Assembly: GCF_040529125.1 (NCBI RefSeq)
Contig: NZ_CP156662.1
Strand: one strand, 5' to 3'
Length of the DNA: 32,000 bases
From: Escherichia coli
GTDB taxonomy: Bacteria; Pseudomonadota; Gammaproteobacteria; Enterobacterales; Enterobacteriaceae
Of this stretch, positions 18,784 to 28,646 are shown in pieces; position 1 is the stretch's first letter; the number at the start of each line of letters is the position of its first letter. The translations under genes and the position numbers were made by a program. The notes below the pieces were generated by a model that ran no database searches, was not told the origin of the DNA, and saw nothing but the letters and a program-made list of their open reading frames with translations.

Positions 18784-18835
18784 ACTTGTCCCACCTCCCC
18801 CTCAACTTGTCCCAAAACAGCCTAGACTTGTCCCA
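18784..18835. repeat. Iteron cluster B (ACTTGTCCCA x3)
   Basis: Identical decamers at 18784-18793, 18805-18814 and 18826-18835, exactly 21 bp apart. Confidence 0.9.
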
Positions 18836-18852
18836 CCTTACCCAATTTATTT

Positions 18853-18873
18853 CTAACAAAATCAATTTGTTAG
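18853..18873. repeat. Inverted repeat next to iterons
   Basis: CTAACAAA atcaa TTTGTTAG, perfect 8-bp arms. Confidence 0.75.
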
Positions 18874-18878
18874 GTGCT

Positions 18879-18934
18879 GGTGGGACAGGTGGGACGGGTG
18901 GGACGGGTGGTTTTATATATATATATACGAAAAA
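18879..18934. repeat. 9-bp tandem GGTGGGAC(A/G) array followed by AT tract
   Basis: GGTGGGACA GGTGGGACG GGTGGGACG GGTGG then TTTTATATATATATATACGAAAAA. Confidence 0.88.
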
Positions 18935-19185
18935 TTGCATTCAGGAGGGGGGCGAAATTCCTGCAATCCATTACTTATGGAACTGTCCGCCCCGTCAAAT
19001 TTTTACGCCCGCGCAATTAAAAAAATGCGTCACGCAGGTGGGCATGATGCCGATATGCTTGTCGGGTTCAGCTTTTTAAGGCGGCTGTAGATGTCAGGTT
19101 ATCCGTGCTCATCCACCAGCCAGCTTCATAGCGGATAGCCGGAAAATGGTAACGGTTAAAGCTGTACATTTTTGCAGCAAATCAT

Positions 19186-19209
19186 TTTAGTTATACGTTT
19201 AGATATACG
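19186..19209. promoter_or_regulatory. Putative integrase arm-type sites (right)
   Basis: TTTAGTTATACG (19186-19197) directly followed by TTTAGATATACG (19198-19209), the same 12-bp unit as at 11233-11256. Confidence 0.8.
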
Positions 19210-19270
19210 ATTTCAAAACTCAATTAATCTACATCTTTAAAATCATGCAGTTACAGAATCAATTAAACTA

Positions 19271-19286
19271 CTCTCGTGCGACCAAA
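19271..19286. repeat. attR core
   Basis: CTCTCGTGCGACCAAA, a duplicate of the proL 3' end lacking one C. Confidence 0.8.
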
Positions 19287-19292
19287 AATCCC

Positions 19293-19325
19293 AAAAAAAA
19301 CCAACCTTTACGGTTGGTTTTTTTT
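19293..19325. terminator. Likely original proL terminator, displaced by the insertion
   Basis: AAAAAAAACCAACC tttac GGTTGGTTTTTTTT just after attR. Confidence 0.82.
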
Positions 19326-19386
19326 ATATCTGCACTTAATTCGATAAACAGACCGCGACACATCACGGCCTGTTTATTTTCTGTTA

Positions 19387-21978
19387 TCAGAACGTCCAGA
19401 CCACACCCGCCTGAGTATTCCACGGCGATTCTACCCCTGCGCCATTGCCATAGCTGACTGACAAATGACCGCTTAACGTCGGGGTGAACGATGACCTTAT
19501 CCCAGCCTGATAAACGCCACGGGTTCCAGCCACATCATTATTAAATTTGCCATCGTCATTAACTTTCACCTGGTTAGAATCGGCGTATTCCTGACGTACG
19601 GCGGCTTTCAGCCAGGGTTCCAGCGTCGTACCGTTTTGCAGGTCCATGTGATAGCTTACCGCCGTTCCCGCTTCAGCGCGTAATATGCGGGTATTTCCCA
19701 CATCCGCGCGCATGCCGTTTGATAACGTGTAGTCCTGACCATCTGTGGTAAAGCCGGTAAAGGCCAGATAAGGTCTAACACTCCACAATCCGTCAACCCA
19801 ACGGAACCCGCTCTCGACATGAGCACCCGCGCCGTTACTACTGTAATCGCCAAACGCTGTTGCCCCATTACTCATCTTGCCATGGATGGTGTTGGCAAAA
19901 CGGTCAACTTTCACCACTCCATCAACATAGGCACCGTTCTGATGCTCCCAACCGGCATAAGCCCCCAGGGTGTAGCTATCGACATTGCCTTTGCCGCCGC
20001 GATCAAAACCAATATCAGAATGAGAGTAACCAAAGAACAAGCCGCGAATTGTGCTGCTTTCTTCACGGGAGAAACGGCTATCGATACCGAGCGTCAGGCC
20101 CGTCAATGTTTGCTCAAAGCCAGCTCCCGCATCAGTGGTCACGTTGTTGCGGGTGTTAATTGCCGAACTCCACATCGCCGTATCGTAACTAACGCCTTTT
20201 ACGCTACCAAGACGCTCACGCACGGTGTCCAGTTCTGCATCAAATACCAGCGGTTGTGCTGCTGCCATGTTCAGCACATCAGTGGTTGAAGGGGTAATTT
20301 GCGCGCGATTCTCTGCGAGGCTCCAGCTATGGTTGCCATTATCCAGCAAGGTATATTCATACGTACCGATATCAACAACGCCTCCGGCATTGCCCAACGT
20401 AAATGCAGCATCACCGCCGCCCGTTGTTACCAGTGTAAGGCTATCTCCTGCTGCCGGGCTGGCACCGGTGTCCGTCACGAATATTTTGAAATCACCTGTT
20501 GCCTGCCCGGTGACGTTGAGCTGATCGCTCTGATGATTAGCCATATCGGTACGCATATAAAAATTGCCGTTTCCCGATAGGGTATTGGTGGTCAACGTAG
20601 TGAAATTTTCCGCACTTGCCGTCACAGATGAACGAGTCACTGGCTCAGCCATCATAATCACATTTGCGCCAGACATCGCAAGGTTGGCTAAGTTGAGGGG
20701 AGTGTTTTGGTTCGTCGTAGTGATATCGGCAATGATGGTCCATGCGCTATTTTCGAGTGAAACATCCGCTTTGCTGGTATCCACGGCACCATGCGTTCTT
20801 AAAGAAGCGCCCTCAGAAACCACTACCTTACCCACCAACATAGCGGGTGCATAATTTATTTGCGGCTTCATGACCTCAAGAATGCCATCATTCCCTCTGA
20901 CTGAAACGTTAACCATTGTGCCAGCCCAGACATTAGCGCGGCCATTGTTGATAACCATATTTTCAGAGATGGCTTTAGAGGAATACGTGATACTTCCATT
21001 CTGATCTGATCGACCGAGATCATACACCGCATTTGCCTGCACTCTCGTACCAGTATCCTTTCCCAGCGATTGCATAGTGGCATGCTCATCAAGGATAGTG
21101 TCAATGGCCTGCGTGTCCTCCATAACAATAAGCCCGGAACCATCATCCAGCTCATAATTTTTTGACACACCATCTTTTATACTAAATTGGCCTTTACTGT
21201 TTGTACCACTCACTTCCAGCGCATTCGTTGAGACAATTAATTTTCCGCCTGCTTTTTTATCAACGCCAGTTGCAGTCCCGCCATCCATAACCTCCAGTAA
21301 GCCGCCACTATCCACAGTGGTATTATAAGCGAAGTCATTTTCTTCAACTCGCAAACTTCCGCCGTTTTCCAACAGCATATTATTAGCAATACCATCCTTG
21401 ATATCGAACTGACCGAGACGGTTTGTTCCGAATACCTCCATGGCCCGGGTGGTTGTTTTAATCGCACCGCCTGCTTTCTGATCTACCGCAAATGCTAATC
21501 CCCCCTCTTTAACCTCCAGTAATCCTCCCTTTTCGATAGCGGCAAAGACGGTAATCCCATCTTTTTCAATAATTAAGCGCCCGCCTTTAATCGTAGGTTC
21601 ATTCGCTGCGCCATAAACCTGTAGCACACCATTATTGAGGGTAGTCTGGTTTGCCGCACCACCCATTTGAACAATTTGATAACCATCATTTAATACTGAG
21701 TATTCTGCGGTGCCATTCATTTCAATGTACTGATACCCGCCGTTAATTTCAGTATTACTACTTATACCAAATTCTTTAATATGCTGTTCTCCGCCAGGAT
21801 TGATTTTCGTATTATTGGCGGTCCCATAAACCAGCTGGATATCTTTTTCCAGGACAACACCATCAACTGTCTCACCATACTCAACTGTTGATGCCAATGC
21901 TATGGGTGAATATAACGCTGTAGCCACCAGAACAGATATTGCGGAACGACAAAGAGAAACAGAACCAGATTGATGCAT
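19387..21978 (-). CDS. yejO: YejO, AIDA-I-type autotransporter adhesin-like outer membrane protein
   Basis: 863 aa uninterrupted; AIDA-type passenger repeats, C-terminal beta-barrel ending in GVVWTF; position between proL and narP. Confidence 0.9.
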   Translation of the reverse strand: MHQSGSVSLCRSAISVLVATALYSPIALASTVEYGETVDGVVLEKDIQLVYGTANNTKINPGGEQHIKEFGISSNTEINGGYQYIEMNGTAEYSVLNDGYQIVQMGGAANQTTLNNGVLQVYGAANEPTIKGGRLIIEKDGITVFAAIEKGGLLEVKEGGLAFAVDQKAGGAIKTTTRAMEVFGTNRLGQFDIKDGIANNMLLENGGSLRVEENDFAYNTTVDSGGLLEVMDGGTATGVDKKAGGKLIVSTNALEVSGTNSKGQFSIKDGVSKNYELDDGSGLIVMEDTQAIDTILDEHATMQSLGKDTGTRVQANAVYDLGRSDQNGSITYSSKAISENMVINNGRANVWAGTMVNVSVRGNDGILEVMKPQINYAPAMLVGKVVVSEGASLRTHGAVDTSKADVSLENSAWTIIADITTTNQNTPLNLANLAMSGANVIMMAEPVTRSSVTASAENFTTLTTNTLSGNGNFYMRTDMANHQSDQLNVTGQATGDFKIFVTDTGASPAAGDSLTLVTTGGGDAAFTLGNAGGVVDIGTYEYTLLDNGNHSWSLAENRAQITPSTTDVLNMAAAQPLVFDAELDTVRERLGSVKGVSYDTAMWSSAINTRNNVTTDAGAGFEQTLTGLTLGIDSRFSREESSTIRGLFFGYSHSDIGFDRGGKGNVDSYTLGAYAGWEHQNGAYVDGVVKVDRFANTIHGKMSNGATAFGDYSSNGAGAHVESGFRWVDGLWSVRPYLAFTGFTTDGQDYTLSNGMRADVGNTRILRAEAGTAVSYHMDLQNGTTLEPWLKAAVRQEYADSNQVKVNDDGKFNNDVAGTRGVYQAGIRSSFTPTLSGHLSVSYGNGAGVESPWNTQAGVVWTF

Positions 21979-22297
21979 TGAGCTTTCATCCTATGAAATT
22001 AATTGCTGTTAAAAGCATTGGGTAAAGAAAATACCCATAGCTCCATACCCGGAGTCAGTTTTTAAAAACTGTTTAAAGAAATGCACAAGTATTGTGATTG
22101 ATTTTTTAGTTGTTTTTCTTGATGAGAAGCTGATGCAAAATTCCGTCTTTATAATGAAAATGATGCCAAAGCGAACGACAAGGTTGTAGTTTTCACTACA
22201 TGTCCATACATAAAATGGGGTAACATTCACGCGCCTGGTAGCGTTACCAACGCTACGCTCAAACATAATGATTCTAATAAAACCTCAGGAGACTACT

Positions 22298-22945
22298 ATG
22301 CCTGAAGCAACGCCTTTTCAGGTGATGATTGTGGATGATCATCCACTTATGCGACGCGGTGTTCGTCAGTTACTGGAGCTTGATCCTGGCTTTGAAGTGG
22401 TCGCCGAAGCGGGCGACGGCGCGAGCGCGATCGATCTGGCGAATAGACTGGATATCGACGTGATCTTGCTGGATCTCAATATGAAAGGTATGAGTGGCCT
22501 GGATACCCTCAATGCCTTGCGCAGGGATGGCGTTACCGCGCAAATTATTATCCTGACTGTATCAGATGCCTCCAGCGATGTCTTTGCGCTGATAGACGCA
22601 GGCGCAGACGGTTATCTGTTGAAAGATAGCGACCCGGAAGTGTTGCTGGAAGCGATTCGTGCCGGAGCGAAAGGCAGCAAAGTCTTTAGCGAACGCGTCA
22701 ATCAGTACTTACGTGAACGTGAAATGTTTGGCGCGGAAGAAGATCCCTTCAGCGTGCTGACGGAGCGCGAGCTGGATGTTCTGCACGAGCTGGCACAGGG
22801 GCTGTCAAATAAACAGATTGCCTCGGTGTTGAATATTTCCGAGCAGACAGTAAAAGTACACATTCGCAATCTGCTGCGTAAACTCAATGTCCGCTCACGC
22901 GTGGCGGCCACCATTCTGTTCCTGCAACAACGCGGGGCACAATAA
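22298..22945 (+). CDS. narP: Nitrate/nitrite response regulator NarP
   Basis: MPEATPFQVMIVDDHPLMRRGVRQLLELDPGFEV..., LuxR-type HTH; 215 aa after trimming the upstream ORF extension. Confidence 0.96.
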   Translation: MPEATPFQVMIVDDHPLMRRGVRQLLELDPGFEVVAEAGDGASAIDLANRLDIDVILLDLNMKGMSGLDTLNALRRDGVTAQIIILTVSDASSDVFALIDAGADGYLLKDSDPEVLLEAIRAGAKGSKVFSERVNQYLREREMFGAEEDPFSVLTERELDVLHELAQGLSNKQIASVLNISEQTVKVHIRNLLRKLNVRSRVAATILFLQQRGAQ

Positions 22946-22950
22946 AAATA

Positions 22951-22981
22951 GCCCGATGGCATCACCATCGGGCCTCTTTTT
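22951..22981. terminator. Terminator between narP and ccmH
   Basis: GCCCGATGG catca CCATCGGGC followed by a T-rich tail. Confidence 0.85.
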
Positions 22982-24032
22982 ATTTACTCTCCTGCGGCGA
23001 CAAATGTTGCATCGCCTGCGCGATACTACGTTCAATCACTGCACGGCGAGTATCGTTGGCAGGTAAGAGTTTCAACATCATCTCCCACGCGGCAACCGCT
23101 TCGCCAAATCGCTGCTGCTCAAAGGCATTAAACGCATACATGCTTAACACACGGATATTGCTATGGTCCGTTCTCACCAACTGGCGTAGCAGTTCACCAC
23201 CGAGGCGGTTGTCGTTGGGATCAGATGAACGTGTCAACGCTTCAGCGTATCCGAGCGCCGCATCACTGTTCTTCGGATCGAGGCGATATGCAGTAGCGTA
23301 TGCATCGGTGGCAATACTGGCGTTACCCAGCGCCATGCCAACGCGGCCCAACATAATCCAGCCTTCTATATCTCCCGGATTTTTTTGCAGTTGAGTACGC
23401 ATCCCCAGCGCCAGGCGCGACATCTCTTCTTCGTTGAGCGGATCGGCTTTCGGATCCAGCGCCCTGTCCAGTAACGCCGGAGCCTGTGCCGTGGCCTGCT
23501 GCCAGATTTTCACCTGCTGATAATTGCCCGTCTGGTAGTAGCTGACGCCAGCCACAATTAACGCCACCACAATACCCGGCAGATAAACAATATATCCGGC
23601 ACGCTTACCTTCCGGCACGCTTTGTTCAGGAAACGCGTCCGGCACCACGCGTACCCGACGCCGCGAGCGGGCGTATATGACCCAACCGCCAATGCCAATA
23701 GCCACTACCGGAAGCACCCACAGCAGCATGGTCAGCGGCGTTAACGGCGGATCGTAAGTGACGAAGTTGCCGTAACGCGCCACCATATAATCGACAATCT
23801 CTTTTTTACTTTTACCTTCCTGCATCAGTTCATACACTTTCTGGCGCAGGTCGGTGGCAATCATCGAGTTGGAATCGGCAATGCTGTTGTTCTGGCATTT
23901 CGGGCAGCGTAGTTCTTCAGTGAGTTGCCGGAACTGCTGCTCCTGCGCTTCATCCTTAAACTGCAACACGTCGATGGTCGCCAGCGCTGAGCCGGAGATC
24001 ATCAGCATCAGCACGCCCAATAAAAACCTCAT
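22980..24032 (-). CDS. ccmH: Cytochrome c maturation protein CcmH
   Basis: LRCPKCQNNSIADSNS motif; C-terminal TPR region; 350 aa. Confidence 0.95.
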   Translation of the reverse strand: MRFLLGVLMLMISGSALATIDVLQFKDEAQEQQFRQLTEELRCPKCQNNSIADSNSMIATDLRQKVYELMQEGKSKKEIVDYMVARYGNFVTYDPPLTPLTMLLWVLPVVAIGIGGWVIYARSRRRVRVVPDAFPEQSVPEGKRAGYIVYLPGIVVALIVAGVSYYQTGNYQQVKIWQQATAQAPALLDRALDPKADPLNEEEMSRLALGMRTQLQKNPGDIEGWIMLGRVGMALGNASIATDAYATAYRLDPKNSDAALGYAEALTRSSDPNDNRLGGELLRQLVRTDHSNIRVLSMYAFNAFEQQRFGEAVAAWEMMLKLLPANDTRRAVIERSIAQAMQHLSPQESK

Positions 24033-24586
24033 TGTGCGGCCTCCTTACTGTATTTCTCCCACAGCGGCTTGATCTCTTCTTCCCAGACGCGAGGATTGAG
24101 ATCGCCCGCATGGCGATAGCGAATGATGCCGTTGCCGTCAATAAGGAACGTTTCTGGCGCGCCATAGACACCGAGATCCAGTCCTAACATGCCGTCGCCA
24201 TCAAACAGGCTTAGTGCGTAAGGATTGCCCAGCTCTTTCAGCCAGCTGATTGCCTTCTGGCGATCGTCTTTATAGTTCATGCCGACCACGCGGATGCCCT
24301 GCGCAGAAAGCTGATTCAGATATTGATGTTCCGCACGGCAGGTCGGACACCAGGTCGCCCAGACGTTAAGCAGCACTGGTTTGCCCTGAGTCAGCACATC
24401 CGCCTGATAAAACTGCCCCGGATTGTCCAGTGATTCGAGGCGAAACTTCGGCACCGGCTTGCCAATGAGCGCCGATTCCAGATTGGTCGGATCATCCCCT
24501 TCGGCATTACGCGCCAGCTGCCACAGTAGCGCCGCGGCAATCGCCAGGAAGATAATCAACGGAATTAACAATACTTTGCGCTTCAT
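24029..24586 (-). CDS. dsbE: Thiol:disulfide interchange protein CcmG/DsbE
   Basis: VWATWCPTCRAEH active site; operon order. Confidence 0.95.
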   Translation of the reverse strand: MKRKVLLIPLIIFLAIAAALLWQLARNAEGDDPTNLESALIGKPVPKFRLESLDNPGQFYQADVLTQGKPVLLNVWATWCPTCRAEHQYLNQLSAQGIRVVGMNYKDDRQKAISWLKELGNPYALSLFDGDGMLGLDLGVYGAPETFLIDGNGIIRYRHAGDLNPRVWEEEIKPLWEKYSKEAAQ

Positions 24587-26526
24587 ACAGCCTCCGGCGC
24601 AGTTTTCTGCGGGTTCACGCGCTTACGATAGCGAGGATCAAACAGGCACAGCAGCCCGCCCAATGCCATCATCAGCCCGCCCGCCCAAATCCAGCGAACA
24701 AACGGTTTGTAGTAAAGACGCACGGCCCACGCGCCGTTTTCCAGCTCTTCACCGAGCGCGGCGTACAGGTCACGCGTGATGCCGCCGTCAATCGCCGCTT
24801 CGGTCATCATCGACCCGGCAGTGTTGTAATAACGTTTTTCCGCATACAGCACCGTTTCCGGCTTGCCATCGCGCGTTACGCCGATAGTCGCCACACCGCC
24901 ACGCCAGTTCGGGCCAGTCACCTCTTTGACATCACGGAAGGTGAAGCGATATTCATGAATATCGACACTATCGCCGGACTTCATGCGCACATCACGCTCA
25001 ACGCTATAGTTCTGGCTAAAGGCAATACCAACAATTGTCACTGCCAGCCCCAGGTGAGCCGCCACCATTCCCCAATAACTGAAGGTGGTTTTCGTGCCAC
25101 GTGAAATACGCAGCGCAGCTTCCGCAATTGCCAGCACCGCAATCCAGCAGGCCATTGCCAGGCCGAGCACCGTCATCGCCACAACTTTGCTTTCGAACAG
25201 CCACGGCAGCAGCAGCGACAGCACCAGCGTTGAGATGAAGGCGATAATCAATAAATTGCGGATTTTACGTGGGCGATCGCGCCCCCAGCGCACCAGAGGA
25301 CCGACACCAAGCAGCAGCGCAAACGGCACCATCAGCCAGGTAAACATGGTGTTGAAGAACGGTTCGCCAATCGAAATACTGCCCAGTCCCAGTTGCTTGT
25401 GCACCAGCGGCAGCAGCGTCCCCAGTAATACCACCAGCATCGCGGCGACCAGCAAAACGTTGTTCGCTAACAGCAGAGATTCCCGCGACCACAGCGCATT
25501 GTTTACGCGTGAGCGAACTTTGTGTCCACGCGCGGCAAAAAGCAGCAGCGAACCGCCAATCACCAGCACCATAAAGGCGAGGATAAACATACCGCGTGCC
25601 GGATCAGACGCAAACGCGTGTACCGATACCAGTACGCCGGAACGCACCAGGAAAGTCCCCAGCAGACACAACGAGAAGGCACTGATTGCCAGCAGTAATG
25701 TCCACGCTTTGAAGCTGGCGCGTTGTTCAGTGACCGCCAGTGAGTGCATCAGCGCAGTCCCCACCAGCCACGGCATAAACGAGGCGTTTTCTACCGGATC
25801 CCAGAACCACCAGCCGCCCCAGCCGAGTTCGTAATAGGCCCATGCGGAACCGAGCACGATGCCGAGCGTCAGGAAGATCCACGCTGCCAGTGTCCACGGA
25901 CGAGTAAAACGCGCATAAGTGCTGTCCAGACGCCCGCTCAACAAAGAAGCAATGGCAAAAGCAAACGCCACCGAGAAGCCGACGTACCCCATATAAAGCA
26001 GAGGCGGATGGAAGATCAGCCCCGGATCCTGCAACAGCGGGTTAAGATCGCGACCTTCAATCGGGAAATTCGGCAGCGTGCGTGAAAACGGGTTAGAGGT
26101 AAAGAGAATGAACAGCAAAAAGCCGACGCTGACCATCCCCATTATCGCCAGTACGCGGGCCACAATATCCAGCGGAATACGCTGACTAAAAATCGCCACC
26201 GCAAAGGTCCAGCCGCTCATCAGCAGCACCCACAGCAGGAGCGAGCCTTCATGTGCGCCCCAGGTAGCCGCCACGCGATACCACACCGGAAGCTGGGTAT
26301 TGGAGTTGCTGGCAACATAGGTGACGGTAAAGTCGTTGACCACGAAGGCATTGACCAGTACCAGAAATGCGCCAGCCACAGACATAAACAGCAGCCAGGC
26401 AAACAAGCGGGAAGACGCCATCATGCGCGCATCTCCGCGCGCTACGCCCCATAGCGGATACACGGACAGCAGCAGCGCAACTCCTAGCGCCAGACACAGC
26501 AGTCCGTTACCAATTTCCGGCATCAT
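24583..26526 (-). CDS. ccmF: Heme lyase CcmF
   Basis: 647 aa, [19 protein letters not shown] motif. Confidence 0.96.
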
Positions 26527-27002
26527 GATGCTGGGTCCTTATAAACACTCGCCGGGCGACGGTGATTGGCTTCCATCGCTTTCTCAACTTCTGGCGGCGT
26601 GTAGTTTTCATCATGTTTCGCCAGCACTTCTTTCGCGAGGATATGATTGCCTTTTTCCAGTTCGCCCTGCACCACAACGCCCTGCCCTTCACGGAACAGA
26701 TCCGGCAAAATGCCTTCGTAAGAGACATCTACTGAACCTTCAGCGTCGTAAATGGTGAAAGTTACTTTTAGCGAATTGGGATCGCGCTGCACACTACCCG
26801 GCATCACCATCCCGCCAACGCGCAGACGCTGACCGACTTCCGGCATTTGCTGAGTTTCACGCTTGCCGTAGAGAATTTCCCCCGGCGTATAAAAGAGATC
26901 GATATTCGAGCGCAGCGCATATAGCACCAGACCGATAGTCAGCGCCAGCCCTGCCAACACGGCACAGGCAATCCACAAGCGGTTTTTACGGCGAATATTC
27001 AT
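26523..27002 (-). CDS. ccmE: Heme chaperone CcmE
   Basis: 159 aa; [12 protein letters not shown] heme-binding region. Confidence 0.96.
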
Positions 27003-27208
27003 GCAGCCTCCTGCTGTTGCGCAGCACGTAAACGCGCCTCACGCGCCCGCTGTTGCGCCACGCCACGCAGAATTGCGCGATGCTGCATCACCGAGTGCAC
27101 GACCAAAACCACCAGCGGAATAACGGTCATCACCACCGCCAGCCAGACAAAAAAGGCGTAACCGCCCATTGCGAAAAATTCATTCCAGGAAGCAAATGCA
27201 GGGGTCAT
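26999..27208 (-). CDS. ccmD: Heme exporter protein CcmD
   Basis: 69 aa, single TM; operon position. Confidence 0.93.
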
Positions 27209-27942
27209 TTACGGCCTCTTTTCAGTATCAGTTCACTCACCCACGGACGGCGTTTTTCCATCAGCAAAATCAAATTACGCATCCGCATCAGCGTCAGCGT
27301 GGCAGACAGCAGCAGGAAGCCAAAAATCGACCAGCGCAGCGGCGAACGCATCGCCGGATCGATACTTTGCTGCATCCGCGTTGATCCCTGATGCAGGGTG
27401 TTCCACCACTCCACGGAGTAATGAATAATCGGCAGATTCACCACGCCAATCAGCACCAGAATACCTGCCGCACGGCCCGCCAGACGGCGGTCGTCGAAGG
27501 CGTGCCACAGGGCAATCACACCCACATACAAAAACAGCAGCACCAGTTCAGAAGTCAGACGTGCATCCCATACCCACCAGGTGCCCCACATCGGTTTTCC
27601 CCATGCAGAGCCGGTAACCAGGGCAATAAAGGTAAACACGGCACCAATGGGGGCCATCGCCGCCACCGCCAGGTTGGCCATTTTCATCTGCCAGACAAGG
27701 CCAATAAACGCCGCCACCGCCATTGATGCATAAATGCCCATCGACCAGATCGCCGCAGGCACATGCAGGTAGATAATGCGGTAGCTATTTCCCTGCTGAT
27801 AATCAGCCGGAGCAAAGCCGAATCCCCAGATCCAGCCGACGGTAAGCACGACCACACTGGCAATTGCCAGCCACGGTATAAACCAGCCACAGATTTGATA
27901 CAGCCGTGGTGGGATCGCCAGTTGATGCAGTGTTTTCCACAT
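27205..27942 (-). CDS. ccmC: Heme exporter protein CcmC
   Basis: 245 aa from MWKTLHQLAIPP; WGTWWVWDARLTSELVL motif. Confidence 0.95.
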   Translation of the reverse strand: MWKTLHQLAIPPRLYQICGWFIPWLAIASVVVLTVGWIWGFGFAPADYQQGNSYRIIYLHVPAAIWSMGIYASMAVAAFIGLVWQMKMANLAVAAMAPIGAVFTFIALVTGSAWGKPMWGTWWVWDARLTSELVLLFLYVGVIALWHAFDDRRLAGRAAGILVLIGVVNLPIIHYSVEWWNTLHQGSTRMQQSIDPAMRSPLRWSIFGFLLLSATLTLMRMRNLILLMEKRRPWVSELILKRGRK

Positions 27943-27983
27943 AGTTTCGATACCAGACTCGAACAAAAATCAGTAATCCAGCG

Positions 27984-28646
27984 TTATTGAATGCTGATTC
28001 GTAACGCTGCCGCCGTCGCAAAAGGACTTAATGTCGCGGTGCCTGCCAGCAACGCGCCTAAAATTGCCAGATACCCATCAACGGGCAAATGCATAGAAGC
28101 CGCGTCCATCGCGGCGGTGGCAAAGATGAGTAATGGGATAGTCAGCGGTAACACCAGTATGCTGAGCAGCACACCACCGCGCTTAAGTCCCACTGTCAGC
28201 GCCACGCCCGGTGCACCGAGAAAGCCAAGCGTAGGAGTTCCCAGCAGCAGCGTCAGCGCCATCACTTGCCAGCCATAAACATCCATTCCCAGTAGCATTG
28301 CTACCAGGGGCGAAAGGATAAGTAACGGCAGACCGGTTACCATCCAGTGCGCCATCACCTTCGCCAGCACAACGGCGGGCAAGGGTAACGGCAACAACAT
28401 CAATTGTTCAAGACTGCCGTCCTGCAAATCGTCACGGAACAGACGCTCCAGTGCCAGCAAGGATGAAAGCAGCGCAGCAACCCAGATAATGCCCGGCGCA
28501 ATACGCGCCAGCAGTTGCGGCTCCGGACCGATACTGAGCGGAAAAAGGGTAATTACAATCAGGAAGAACCACAGCGGGTTGGCGATTTCGGCGCTATGGC
28601 GAAACGCTACGCGCAGCTCAAGACGGAAAATGCGCCAGAACATCAT
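27984..28646 (-). CDS. ccmB: Heme exporter permease CcmB
   Basis: 220 aa; operon order. Confidence 0.95.

Larger units (their letters stand above)
11098..19286. mobile_element. ~8.2 kb integrative satellite-like element inserted in the proL 3' end
   Basis: Integrase gene next to the tRNA, near-duplicate of tRNA 3' end at 19271-19286, arm-type repeats at both ends, replication-type genes, core genes on both sides. Confidence 0.93.

Noticed and set aside
18629-18856. 75-aa + ORF ending LARLVPPPPQLVPKQPRLVPPYPIYF
   Set aside because: The repetitive C-terminus is an artefact: 21 bp is a multiple of 3, so the 21-bp iterons stay in frame. Treated as non-coding iteron DNA.
16495-18910. Possible CRISPR array from repeated GGGACAAGT motifs
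   Set aside because: Repeats are only 10 bp with 1-11 bp gaps in two separate clusters, and no cas genes are present. Iterons fit far better.
18768-19079. 103-aa + ORF with GAGGTGGTGGTGG
   Set aside because: TTG start, and it reads straight through iterons, the 9-bp tandem array and the AT tract. Repeat DNA explains its composition.
11319-19286. Full P4-like prophage with packaging functions
   Set aside because: No ORF resembles Sid, Psu, Delta, terminase or capsid proteins in any frame I could read.
19245-19457. 70-aa + ORF near the right end
   Set aside because: Spans attR and the displaced proL terminator; no RBS and not protein-like.
19819-21467. Plus- and minus-strand ORFs inside yejO
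   Set aside because: Shadow ORFs produced by the repetitive, compositionally biased autotransporter gene.
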